Virus record (IMG/VR): IMGVR_UViG_3300042197_003251
Location: 1-64,000 of that record
DNA length: 64,000 nt
Origin: a virus
Strand: one strand, 5' to 3'
Below are positions 1 through 8,794 of this stretch, piece after piece (the stretch's first letter is position 1; the number at the start of each line of letters is the position of its first letter). The notes beneath the pieces are model-generated. The model was not told the origin of the DNA. It saw nothing but the letters and a program-made list of their open reading frames with translations, and ran no database searches. A program made the translations under genes and the position numbers.

Positions 1-309
1 AGCAGTTTCAATATCTCCAATATATTCTCCTTTGTTAGTTAGAAAAGAATTATAGAGAGTATGTTCCCCGTTGTGAAAAGTGTGAGTTCCGATTTTTCCT
101 CCAGTATATTTGGTTATAAGTTTTGTGCATTCACTATTAATAACCCATCCTTCCAAACTTTTATATGGAATCATCCGGCTTACCAGTTTTGTAAAGCCAA
201 GATTTAGATGGATTTTATTTAATACACCACTACGACCTCCTCTGTAATGAGGATATTTTTCAAACTTAAATCTTAATCTGCCAACATATGGCGTTTTATT
301 TTTTATCAT
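1..309 (-). CDS. hypothetical protein (runs off the window start)
   Basis: ATG at 309, open frame MIKNKTPYVGRLRFKFEK... to the window edge; read manually. Confidence 0.7.
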   Translation of the reverse strand, partial: MIKNKTPYVGRLRFKFEKYPHYRGGRSGVLNKIHLNLGFTKLVSRMIPYKSLEGWVINSECTKLITKYTGGKIGTHTFHNGEHTLYNSFLTNKGEYIGDIETA

Positions 310-321
310 ATTATTTATTTT

Positions 322-717
322 TTATCTTATTAAAATTACATATCCGTTATTCTCTTTTGAAACACCTTGAGCATCCTTATAGAAGATAACCCAATTATAA
401 ACACCATCTTCAGAATAATAACCAGTTCCGTTATCGCCGTTCCAACCTCTATAAAGGTCATTTGTTTCAAAAAAAGGATTTCCCCATTTATCAAATATTA
501 ACAATCTTGGTTCATATATTCCAATCCCACTTACTCTAAAAATATCATTAACTCCATCATTATCAGGTGTAAAACTATTTGGAGCATATACTCTTGTACA
601 AGCGATTGTATCTGGTGGTGAACTAATATAATCAATAGTTACGTTTCCACTACATTGCGAATAACTTACAAATGAAGTTATAACTAGAAATAAACTTAAT
701 ATATATTTTTTAAACAT
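322..717 (-). CDS. secreted protein with gliding motility-associated C-terminal (T9SS type B sorting, CHU_C) domain
   Basis: Signal peptide MFKKYILSLFLVITSFVSYSQ; motifs PNSFTPDNDGVNDIF, IFDKWG, GWNG, DGVYNW, GYVILIR. Confidence 0.85.
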   Translation of the reverse strand: MFKKYILSLFLVITSFVSYSQCSGNVTIDYISSPPDTIACTRVYAPNSFTPDNDGVNDIFRVSGIGIYEPRLLIFDKWGNPFFETNDLYRGWNGDNGTGYYSEDGVYNWVIFYKDAQGVSKENNGYVILIR

Positions 718-1003
718 CGTAAATTGTTTTTTCGGGAACACTAGTTGGTTGAGCGTCTTCAGGTGATTCATAGTTGTTATTATAATTTAAATTAGTTACA
801 TCCATATAGTAGGGTTTATTTTTTTCAAATTTTCTTAAACTACACCCAAGTTCAAACCACAAAAATTTAATAGATAGAACAATCATATATTCATAATGTC
901 CCATCACTTTATTATAGTGATTTAATTGAATTGAGAATGGCAAAACAATTTCAGTATGAATTTTATTTTTTAACGAGTGCGAAAATAATTTAAACTTTAT
1001 CAT
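710..1003 (-). CDS. hypothetical protein
   Basis: 97-aa ORF in a tightly packed minus-strand run. Confidence 0.55.
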   Translation of the reverse strand: MIKFKLFSHSLKNKIHTEIVLPFSIQLNHYNKVMGHYEYMIVLSIKFLWFELGCSLRKFEKNKPYYMDVTNLNYNNNYESPEDAQPTSVPEKTIYDV

Positions 1004-1008
1004 AATTT

Positions 1009-1341
1009 TTATCTGTTTCCAAATGAAGTTAATACAAAATCAATTTCAATTATCGTAGGTTCTCCTCCTTCGTAGTCCCTAAACATTTTAATCTCAAACC
1101 CACCTGAACCTGTTGTATATTCTTTTTGTTTTGGGTTATTTCTCATTGAATCAAATGCATATTTGGATAATTCTCTTACCCAATCTTTCATTTCTGAAAT
1201 TTGTGGAGTGTCGTTAATAAACGCCCATTGCCAATTAAGATAGAGCATTATATCTCTAACTTTAGAAAATTCAAAATGCTCAATAATCTCTTCAAGAAGT
1301 TCTTCTCCTGTTTTTTCTTTTACCAAATTTACCACTTTCAT
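1009..1341 (-). CDS. hypothetical phage protein
   Basis: 110-aa ORF; TATATTTG 4 nt upstream of ATG. Confidence 0.75.
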   Translation of the reverse strand: MKVVNLVKEKTGEELLEEIIEHFEFSKVRDIMLYLNWQWAFINDTPQISEMKDWVRELSKYAFDSMRNNPKQKEYTTGSGGFEIKMFRDYEGGEPTIIEIDFVLTSFGNR

Positions 1342-1364
1342 ATGGCAAATATATTAAATAAAAA

Positions 1365-1742
1365 TTACTTAATCAAATTTTTCTGACACTCAAAATAACA
1401 AACTGAATCAAAATAATTTTCAATAACTTTAAATGATTTAACATTTTTTGAAATTGTGGTATCAGTTTGATTGTCGTTTAAACACCAAATTTTTGTATTT
1501 GGTTTTTGACACCTAACAAAATTTGGTTGTTCTTTAAGATTTCCGATGGTCTCGGTCGTATTATCATTATGAGTCACCAGTACTTTAAATTTGAAACTTT
1601 CTCCGTAACAAATTGAGGTTGTATCAACAACAAGTTGTTCTGCAACATTTTCTTTTGGTACGTCAGGTGTTGATTGTTTTGTTTTATTCTTACAAGAAAA
1701 AGAAAATAAAACAAAAGATAGAATTAAAAAAATTTTTTTCAT
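1365..1742 (-). CDS. putative lipoprotein
   Basis: MKKIFLILSFVLFSFSC lipoprotein-type signal; start refined from ORF track. Confidence 0.7.
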   Translation of the reverse strand: MKKIFLILSFVLFSFSCKNKTKQSTPDVPKENVAEQLVVDTTSICYGESFKFKVLVTHNDNTTETIGNLKEQPNFVRCQKPNTKIWCLNDNQTDTTISKNVKSFKVIENYFDSVCYFECQKNLIK

Positions 1743-1743
1743 A

Positions 1744-1971
1744 TTAAACATTTTGATTTGTATTATCTGACGATTTAAAGTCCCACCCAAATTCATCAAG
1801 AACTTTTATCCAAAGTATGAATGATAAAAACAAGTAAGTTATTTTTCCATACATTGGCCAAGCAAATAGATAAATTTCAGATGAAATAATCCAGCCAAGT
1901 AAAAACCAAAACCCAAACCCTAAAATAAAAGATATTAGAAATTGAAATGTCTTTATAATTGTCATCAACAT
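1744..1971 (-). CDS. small membrane protein (2 TM)
   Basis: Two hydrophobic stretches. Confidence 0.65.
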   Translation of the reverse strand: MLMTIIKTFQFLISFILGFGFWFLLGWIISSEIYLFAWPMYGKITYLFLSFILWIKVLDEFGWDFKSSDNTNQNV

Positions 1972-1986
1972 ATAAATATATCTTTT

Positions 1987-2508
1987 TTACTTTCTAACTT
2001 GTGTTTCTTCAAGCTCAACTGTAGTTGGTCTTCCGAAGATTGATATATTGACTTTCAATTTTCCTCTGTCAACATCAACCCATTCAATTGTCCCTTTAAA
2101 AGATGCGAATGGTCCTTCTGTTACCATAACTTCTTCCCCGACATTAAATGTGTCCCCAAATTGTTTTTCTTTATTTGCTTCGTGAATTCCAATCATTCTA
2201 TTAACTTCAGCCTCATTAACAACCTGAACATTGCCAGCTCTGTCGCTCAATATACCTGTTGCTCCTTTAATTTTTTTGATTGATTGTTTAAGTTCACCAA
2301 TTGCCGATGTTTCAACAAATACATAACCTGGAAACATAACTTTTTCCCTCTGTGTTTTTTTACCATCTTTTGCGGAAAAAACTTTCTCAATTGGAACAAT
2401 TACTCTTCCGACTATTCCATTAAGTTCCCCTTTTTCGGTTTCTTTAATAATTGCTTCACTTACTTTTCGCTCACGATTTGCCTGAGCTCTGACAATATAC
2501 CATTCCAT
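1987..2508 (-). CDS. nusG: transcription termination/antitermination factor NusG
   Basis: WYIVRAQANRERKV, FPGYVFVE NGN motifs; KOW domain VGEEVMVTEGPFASFKG...IFGRPTTVEL. Confidence 0.95.
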   Translation of the reverse strand: MEWYIVRAQANRERKVSEAIIKETEKGELNGIVGRVIVPIEKVFSAKDGKKTQREKVMFPGYVFVETSAIGELKQSIKKIKGATGILSDRAGNVQVVNEAEVNRMIGIHEANKEKQFGDTFNVGEEVMVTEGPFASFKGTIEWVDVDRGKLKVNISIFGRPTTVELEETQVRK

Positions 2509-2527
2509 ATTTATTTGTTTTTAAAAA

Positions 2528-3046
2528 TTAGTCCCACCAACCATCTATGTGTTTTGCAATAAACTTATATGCCTCTTTCTTATCTTTCATATAGTCCTTA
2601 CGGGCTTGCTTCATCGCTTCTCTAAACTCCTTTGAGTATTCTTCTTTATGTTCGGGAGTTTTCACATTTTCGTGTTCAATTTCCAAATACTTGGAGTCAG
2701 TTCCGTCATTAGTTGGAATCCAATTAAACTTACTTTTACCCCATTTTTTTTCTATCTCTTCTTGAGCGGGGTTCTCATAGAATTCCCAACTATCACGGGT
2801 CTTTTGTAATCTGTCGATTGCTTCTTGGATTTCACCCGCAACTTCAACAGCACTCGCAATATGAGTATCTTCGGACAAGAAAAAATCTCTTGTGTGCTCA
2901 AGTTTTTTAATTAGGATTTCATTTATGAAATGATAATCATAATCTTCATCTTTCCAAATTGTAGGAAGCCAACGATAAAGATTTTTTAATCTTTTAAAAA
3001 AACGTTTAATTGCGTATTTCATATTTTTAAAGCTTTCCCCAACCAT
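2528..3046 (-). CDS. hypothetical phage protein
   Basis: 172-aa ORF ending GWWD. Confidence 0.75.
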   Translation of the reverse strand: MVGESFKNMKYAIKRFFKRLKNLYRWLPTIWKDEDYDYHFINEILIKKLEHTRDFFLSEDTHIASAVEVAGEIQEAIDRLQKTRDSWEFYENPAQEEIEKKWGKSKFNWIPTNDGTDSKYLEIEHENVKTPEHKEEYSKEFREAMKQARKDYMKDKKEAYKFIAKHIDGWWD

Positions 3047-3145
3047 TTTTATATTGTGTTTTATCTATTCCTTCGGATACAATATTACAAAAGTTTCTTA
3101 TGCGTATCCAAATTTTTTTTAATCTATATTTGAAATTAATTTTTT

Positions 3146-3394
3146 TCATACGATTAGTTTATCAGGTATAACTCCGTGTTCTTCAAGTAAAGAATATAAC
3201 TCTTTATAAACTGCCATTACTCCTTTTTCGTAATCTTCAAAATTTGTACCTTCTTCAACACTATTAAGAATTTTTTTACGGGAGTTAAGTGTTAATTCCC
3301 AAAGAACAAGAGCCATATCAGTTGCCTTTAAACATCTTTCGTGTTCTATTCGGTCATCATAATCGGTAAGGTCAAATTTTAATTTTGCTTTCAT
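3146..3394 (-). CDS. hypothetical phage protein
   Basis: 82-aa ORF MKAKLKFDL. Confidence 0.75.
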   Translation of the reverse strand: MKAKLKFDLTDYDDRIEHERCLKATDMALVLWELTLNSRKKILNSVEEGTNFEDYEKGVMAVYKELYSLLEEHGVIPDKLIV

Positions 3395-3415
3395 AGTGTA
3401 AAATTATTTTAATAT

Positions 3416-3817
3416 TTAACTCATAAATGGCACAACCCATGTCATATTTTCTTGCGGTAAATGGTTTACATGTCTATAATTCCAAATTAATCCACAAATA
3501 TTTGCGCTTCCTATAGGATTAGCGGAATGTACCTTAACTTCCACAACAGGTTGTCCTTCAATCCATTTTTCAACTAACCATTTGGCACAATCCATTCCGG
3601 TTTTCTCAAGTATATTGCTATAGTCCAACTTATAGTTTTTGTGAACATTATTATACCACTCCCTCATTGCGGTGTCGCCTAAATCATGGTCTAAAGAAAT
3701 TAATTCAATGTTCTCAAGTCCAATTTCAGTAACTTTTTTTACGAACTCATCATAACTGCGCACAACAATCCAACTATTGTCAACTGGTGTACGAACATCG
3801 TCTAAATAAATTTTCAT
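3416..3817 (-). CDS. cyclic-phosphate processing receiver-domain protein
   Basis: IYLDDVRTP, ISLDHDLG, TGMDCAKWL, VHSANPIG motifs. Confidence 0.85.
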   Translation of the reverse strand: MKIYLDDVRTPVDNSWIVVRSYDEFVKKVTEIGLENIELISLDHDLGDTAMREWYNNVHKNYKLDYSNILEKTGMDCAKWLVEKWIEGQPVVEVKVHSANPIGSANICGLIWNYRHVNHLPQENMTWVVPFMS

Positions 3818-3844
3818 AGTGCAAATATAGTAAACATATTAAAC

Positions 3845-4216
3845 TTAATCAACTAATTTCTTTTTTGATTTAATTTCTGTAATATTTGTGACTTCAGTAC
3901 TTCTAATACCAAGAGCTTTACATATAATTAAAACCTCATTTCGCATATTATACATTAGTTCATTTTTTATTTTATAATTTCGTTCCTTACCATACGATAT
4001 TTTACTTCTCCAACGAAAACTATTCTCATTAATTTTTTTGAATTTAACTTTAAAATCGGCCTGTATTCCTCCCCAAGAATAAAAAGTAAAATCTACTTTA
4101 TTGATAAAAACTTCCACTTCACCAAACCCTCCTTTAATTTTAAATGCAGGTAAAGATTTCAATTTATCTGATGCAAATTTGCAATACTTTTCTTTATTGA
4201 TTTCATTAGTTTTCAT
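3845..4216 (-). CDS. hypothetical protein
   Basis: ORF with start refined to MKTNEI downstream of promoter at 4240-4247. Confidence 0.65.
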   Translation of the reverse strand: MKTNEINKEKYCKFASDKLKSLPAFKIKGGFGEVEVFINKVDFTFYSWGGIQADFKVKFKKINENSFRWRSKISYGKERNYKIKNELMYNMRNEVLIICKALGIRSTEVTNITEIKSKKKLVD

Positions 4217-4264
4217 AGGGGTGTTGTGTAATTGTACCACAAATATACGGCAAAATTTGTATTA

Positions 4265-4624
4265 TCAAAAATTAATTGACTTAATTTCAATTTCAAAATT
4301 GTCTTTTACAAACTTATTTAAAGGTTCTTCCCACAAATGGCCAAACATACTATTTAAATGTCTTTCAAATTCCATTTCTAATCTAATAATTGGACTTTTT
4401 TCTTTCATATTTAATCCTTCTTGAGTATCATCACTCCAATATTCCGGCATGTAAATAACAAATAACTCTTCATATTCTGAATTTGATAATTCATAAATAC
4501 CTTCATACCCTCCAATTCCACCTTCAACTAACCCATATTCATCAAGGTCAATATAGTCCTCAATATAGTTGTATATTCGTTGGAATAACATTAAATGTTG
4601 TCTATTTGTTATTTTGTACTCCAT
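4265..4624 (-). CDS. hypothetical protein, MxYxIT-type N-terminus family
   Basis: MEYKITNRQ start; resembles the two neighbouring ORFs. Confidence 0.75.
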   Translation of the reverse strand: MEYKITNRQHLMLFQRIYNYIEDYIDLDEYGLVEGGIGGYEGIYELSNSEYEELFVIYMPEYWSDDTQEGLNMKEKSPIIRLEMEFERHLNSMFGHLWEEPLNKFVKDNFEIEIKSINF

Positions 4625-4625
4625 A

Positions 4626-4970
4626 TCACCAATCTATCCCTGGTCCTGAAGTTCTATTGTCAATTACGTTTCTTTCATTTACTGAATTCATTCCAATATA
4701 TCTTCTTAAATCATAACTTAAATTATATAACACTCCTTCAAAACTATATCTATTAGTATTTTTATAAATATCTACTAATATTACCCATCCTTCTTTTTTT
4801 TCAACATCAACAACTCTAATTTCATCTATTGAATCAACCTCGAATGCCTCATCATATGATAAATCACCATCTTCAGAATATTTTTTTAATATTTCTAATT
4901 CAGAGTTAATAAATTTCTGTATTAGATTAATTGTCTTTTCTTTTTGTTTGGTGCTAATTCTATATATCAT
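4626..4970 (-). CDS. hypothetical protein, MxYxIS-type N-terminus family
   Basis: MIYRISTKQ start. Confidence 0.75.
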   Translation of the reverse strand: MIYRISTKQKEKTINLIQKFINSELEILKKYSEDGDLSYDEAFEVDSIDEIRVVDVEKKEGWVILVDIYKNTNRYSFEGVLYNLSYDLRRYIGMNSVNERNVIDNRTSGPGIDW

Positions 4971-4978
4971 AGTATCCT

Positions 4979-5359
4979 TTAATAATTTGCTGGTTTTTGT
5001 CTATAAGGATAAATTGACGCTTCATCAATATCAACATCATATGTTTCGCTAACCCAATCCGAAATAATATCAATAACTTTAGTTTCTCTTATCTTAATAG
5101 TTTTACGGAGTTCATCAACTATATCAGGGTGAATGTGTATCATTCCAACACCATAATGAGGATTATCGTCATCGTCTGTTCCTGGCCCATACCAAAAATA
5201 TGTAATCATATTTTTTCCATAATTGTCGTGCAAATTAAGTGTATAAGCATCAGGATTATAATTACATTCTTCTTTTTTAGTATTTGATTTAGAAAACATA
5301 CCATCCAAATATTTGTAAATTATTTGGTGTAATTGGTTTTTTGTAATTACATATCTCAT
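4979..5359 (-). CDS. hypothetical protein, MxYxIT-type N-terminus family
   Basis: MRYVITKNQL start; TATTTAT-N4-ATG upstream. Confidence 0.75.
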   Translation of the reverse strand: MRYVITKNQLHQIIYKYLDGMFSKSNTKKEECNYNPDAYTLNLHDNYGKNMITYFWYGPGTDDDDNPHYGVGMIHIHPDIVDELRKTIKIRETKVIDIISDWVSETYDVDIDEASIYPYRQKPANY

Positions 5360-5405
5360 AACTATAAATACAAGTAATCCATAAAAATGAGTTTAACTAA
5401 TAATA

Positions 5406-6518
5406 CTAATCTTCTTTTACCTTATCCCAAAGTCTAACCGCCTTCCTAAAAAGTTCATCGGCTCTATCGTTAAATCTTTTTTTCCAGTATATGAAAAATT
5501 GTCTTGGGTTATTTCTTATTGAAGGACTTAATCCTCTAAAGTTATTTACAGTAACACCATTTTGTCTTAAAGATTCAGATATATAATTTAAGGCTTCGTT
5601 CCAATTTTCCAAATTTTCCGATACTTCTTGAGCCCTTTTTTGTGAATAAACCAAATCAAAAAAACTTTCAATTTTTGTAATTGAGTCTATCATATCATCA
5701 ACCGAAAAACTTTTTAAAAAATTAATTTCTTTCGATAGTTCAGTTTTTTCAAACTCTCGCATAAAGTCATCATAATCTTTAATACCCTTTCCTTTAAGTG
5801 TATAATAAAGTTGGGGAGCTCTTGCTTGTTGTTCAAATCTTAATGACAAATATAATCTTCGTAAAAATCCATTCCATTCATTATTAATATTACTCCTCAT
5901 AATTTGTTGGAGTGAATTATACGTAGACTCTTTTCCATATCCGACTTTACCTGTCGATTTATTTATTTTAAATAATTGATAAGCATGGAATACTTCATGT
6001 GAAACAACCGCCGATAATTCATTCCTAATTGATTCAAAATCTTTAGTTTGTGATTGTCTCATATGGATTGTAAATTCATATGTACTAATATCATAAACTT
6101 CCCCTTTGGTTTTTAATGTTCTAATTTTAAAATCTTTCGGAACAAAAATATGTGAAGCCTCAATCATCGGGGACTTGTATTTCTTATCATCAAAAAACTC
6201 ATCAGGTAATACTTTAACAACTACAAATATTTTGTTTCTATAAGTTGGAAACTTTCTCCATTCCTCTTTATCGTATTTCGGTGAGTTTTTCAGGTATTCC
6301 CAACTTTCTTTAGGGGAAATTTCAAAACTATACTCATAGCCCTCCAATTCTTGGAATTGAGGTTCGTTAAATTCAAGAACGTCTGGTGCTTGACTTTTAA
6401 TGTTATTTTCAATTACACTAATAATTAAATCAGTATAAATGTGAACGACCATATCAATGTCGTCTGGTACACCTAAAGCTTCGGTTAAAAGAAGTTTATT
6501 TACTTTTTTTAACTTCAT
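5406..6518 (-). CDS. hypothetical protein with HExxH (zincin-like) motif
   Basis: SHEVFHAYQ plus downstream E in RFEQQA; N-terminal LLTEA. Confidence 0.6.
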   Translation of the reverse strand: MKLKKVNKLLLTEALGVPDDIDMVVHIYTDLIISVIENNIKSQAPDVLEFNEPQFQELEGYEYSFEISPKESWEYLKNSPKYDKEEWRKFPTYRNKIFVVVKVLPDEFFDDKKYKSPMIEASHIFVPKDFKIRTLKTKGEVYDISTYEFTIHMRQSQTKDFESIRNELSAVVSHEVFHAYQLFKINKSTGKVGYGKESTYNSLQQIMRSNINNEWNGFLRRLYLSLRFEQQARAPQLYYTLKGKGIKDYDDFMREFEKTELSKEINFLKSFSVDDMIDSITKIESFFDLVYSQKRAQEVSENLENWNEALNYISESLRQNGVTVNNFRGLSPSIRNNPRQFFIYWKKRFNDRADELFRKAVRLWDKVKED

Positions 6519-6621
6519 TTTTCTTTTTTACAACAGGAAATTTATCTTGTATCTCCTTGTTTCTAGCCTCATCGGTTCTAATTACCAATTTTTTTGGAAA
6601 TTTTATTTCGGAAGATTTCAT
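6496..6621 (-). CDS. small basic protein (41 aa)
   Basis: MKSSEIKFPKKLVIRTDEARNKEIQDKFPVVKKKNEVKKSK; TATTTAT-N4-ATG upstream; overlaps start of next gene. Confidence 0.55.
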   Translation of the reverse strand: MKSSEIKFPKKLVIRTDEARNKEIQDKFPVVKKKNEVKKSK

Positions 6622-6642
6622 ATTGATAAATATATAATAATT

Positions 6643-7186
6643 CAAAAAAGAGTTGGCTTCTCTGTCCGTGTGGGATTATCACGAGCCAACCCTAAGGAGT
6701 AGTTTCCCATAATAGTATTTCTTCGGATATGACTCAAGAGAGTGAGTCCGTAGTAACCATCCACCGAAGACCTATACTCTCACGCCATCGTGCTTGTGGA
6801 TTTGGACATCCTTATCGGACCTCAAGCCTTACAATTAACGATTTGGCGTTACCCTCAGGACATCTTCGCCCTACCACCATAGTTACTTGGCAGTCCCACT
6901 CGGAAGTTAGAGTGTGTATTGTAGAATTGTCCAGTTTTTCTACAACTTGTGGATTACAACACGACCATTTAAAGTCCCTAATCCCCTAAATCCATAATGG
7001 GGAACCCATAATTTAAAGATTCACATAATACCTGACGGAACTTCCCCCTATCAGTTAACTCGTTTATTAGAGTACATATATGTTTCACTTTTGTGTTACC
7101 TCCCCCATAGCCTTGGAGCCTTCTTGCCAGGTTCACACACCATAACGAACAGGTACATTCGTTAATCGTGGGGTCTTTTAGTTTAT
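6643..7186 (-). ncRNA. candidate large structured non-coding RNA (~540 nt), family unassigned
   Basis: GC-enriched, no credible ORF, promoter TATATTTG at 7192-7199, many hairpins, long-range helix 7159-7169 with 6831-6841, terminal stem plus U-tract at 6644-6691. Confidence 0.7.
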
Positions 7187-7223
7187 GAATACAAATATAC
7201 GTTAGAATTTTAAATTTGTAAAA

Positions 7224-7625
7224 TTAATTTTGAGTTGGATTTAATAAATAAACCCAAGAATAATCAGAATATTCAACAGAAAAGAATATTTCATTATACT
7301 TGTTTGAATACAAATAAACAATACATTTTATATCATCATTATCCGAAGCATACCAATAAGAACCCTTTTCACACCCGTTCATATCATGTGAAGTTGGTTC
7401 CAAATAGTAGAATTGTTGTCTAATTGAATTAATTGTGATTTTTCTATCTTCAATAATAACAAAGACTTCATTTATGTTTTCAAACGGAGCGTACTTCATT
7501 TCACCAGTAGAATAATCTTTCTTTCCGAATGACATTCTTTCAGATTTAGTAACAACAACATCCTGCGATAAACAGGATGTTATTAAACTGACCAATATAA
7601 AAAGTGTGAGGAATATTTTTTTCAT
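7224..7625 (-). CDS. secreted hypothetical protein
   Basis: Signal peptide MKKIFLTLFILVSLITSCLSQ. Confidence 0.75.
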   Translation of the reverse strand: MKKIFLTLFILVSLITSCLSQDVVVTKSERMSFGKKDYSTGEMKYAPFENINEVFVIIEDRKITINSIRQQFYYLEPTSHDMNGCEKGSYWYASDNDDIKCIVYLYSNKYNEIFFSVEYSDYSWVYLLNPTQN

Positions 7626-7650
7626 ATACCAAATATAGTTAATTTTACGA

Positions 7651-8220
7651 TTAAATCAAAAATTTAATAACCTTTTCTTTAATTCCGCATTGTTTAATAC
7701 CTTCATTTGACCTTGGAACCAATACAAAATTGTCAAGTCCCCAATCATGTTTAAATTCAACACCATAAGAAATTCCAGTTTTACCCATATCAAGGTCATC
7801 AATTGCAACCCATTTTGTAACTTCAGGGTGTTCTTTTAACCATTGTTGAATCTCCAAACTTCTTGTACCTTCTAAGTCCCAATCCCGATGCCATGTAACC
7901 CTTTCACCATCAATCATATTGCCAGTAAAATCAATTGGTCTTTTGATAATTCCCTGACTTTCATAATAGTCACCCATTTCATTAACTGAAGCCCAACTTT
8001 TCCAATCTGAAGATACAACGATTTCAGCACCAGTCTTTTCCAAGATTTCGTTTAATACTTTGACCGCCCTTTTATTAAAGTTATCAAAACGAGCGTCAAC
8101 GGGCAAACTCATAATATCTTGAGATAATTTTCGTTTGGCTTTAGTTTGCTTTTTAAACCGCGAGCCCCATTCGGTTGATAAACAAATTACAGAGTCGTGG
8201 TCCAAAAATAATACGTTCAC
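7651..8220 (-). CDS. HAD-family phosphatase (Swiss Army Knife RNA-repair-like, HAD_SAK_2)
   Basis: VLFLDHDSVI, IVVSSDW, RSLEIQQWL, WVAIDD motifs. Confidence 0.85.
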   Translation of the reverse strand: MNVLFLDHDSVICLSTEWGSRFKKQTKAKRKLSQDIMSLPVDARFDNFNKRAVKVLNEILEKTGAEIVVSSDWKSWASVNEMGDYYESQGIIKRPIDFTGNMIDGERVTWHRDWDLEGTRSLEIQQWLKEHPEVTKWVAIDDLDMGKTGISYGVEFKHDWGLDNFVLVPRSNEGIKQCGIKEKVIKFLI

Positions 8221-8354
8221 TTTCTTTTTCTTTTAACAGGTTCGGGGTTTTTATCAATAATTTCAACTGAAATTGGTCCGTTTTTAAACTTTTCCAAATC
8301 ATAAGTCCAAATCGCGGTGGACTCTTCGTTTTCGTACTTTACTATTTTTTTCAT
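8217..8354 (-). CDS. small hypothetical protein (45 aa)
   Basis: MKKIVKYENEESTAIWTYDLEKFKNGPISVEI...; TATATTTG-N4-ATG; GTGA overlap with HAD gene. Confidence 0.7.
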   Translation of the reverse strand: MKKIVKYENEESTAIWTYDLEKFKNGPISVEIIDKNPEPVKRKRK

Positions 8355-8374
8355 ACCACAAATATACAAAAAAA

Positions 8375-8400
8375 AATCCCGACAACAATGCCGGGATTAA
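8375..8400. terminator. intrinsic terminator
   Basis: aatcccg...cgggatt stem flanked by A-tracts. Confidence 0.65.
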
Positions 8401-8417
8401 AATAAAATTATTTTTTT

Positions 8418-8777
8418 TTAACCTTTAAGTTGATAAGTCCTGAGGCAATGTCCCGACCAAGCAAGGAGACCAAGAAGTATTGGCATAAATATGCCAGTTC
8501 CACCAAGCATTGCGAAATGAACCGCAACGGCTCCACTCATCATCGTTGAAACTCCAAGAGCTCCAAATAATGATGTCCTTGGTACCATAAGAAGAATAAC
8601 AGCCAATAATTCAACAACTCCAACCGCAACCATTGTTGGAAGCATGTTAAAGAATGTAAAATTTTGAACCATTTCTTCGGAAGAAGTAATCTTTGAAATT
8701 GCTCCCATACCAAGCATAAGAGCAACAATTCCTGAAAATACCCAACCTAAAGTTTTAAGTGTAAATAAATTTTTCAT
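8418..8777 (-). CDS. DoxX-family membrane protein
   Basis: 4 TM; GVVELLAVILLMVPRT, MSGAVAVH. Confidence 0.85.
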   Translation of the reverse strand: MKNLFTLKTLGWVFSGIVALMLGMGAISKITSSEEMVQNFTFFNMLPTMVAVGVVELLAVILLMVPRTSLFGALGVSTMMSGAVAVHFAMLGGTGIFMPILLGLLAWSGHCLRTYQLKG

Positions 8778-8794
8778 ATGACAATAGTAATATA

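Noticed and set aside
5360-5372. T4 late promoter TATAAATA
   Set aside because: Occurs on the non-coding strand relative to adjacent starts; the sense-strand motif is TATTTAT
6729-6989. 86-aa plus-strand ORF
   Set aside because: Antisense shadow of the structured RNA; composition unlike the phage genes and no expression signals
6643-7186. RNase P or tmRNA identity (GGGGGAAGTTCC resembles GAGGAAAGTCC)
   Set aside because: No matching P4 3' strand or other conserved RNase P regions; no tRNA-like ends or tag ORF
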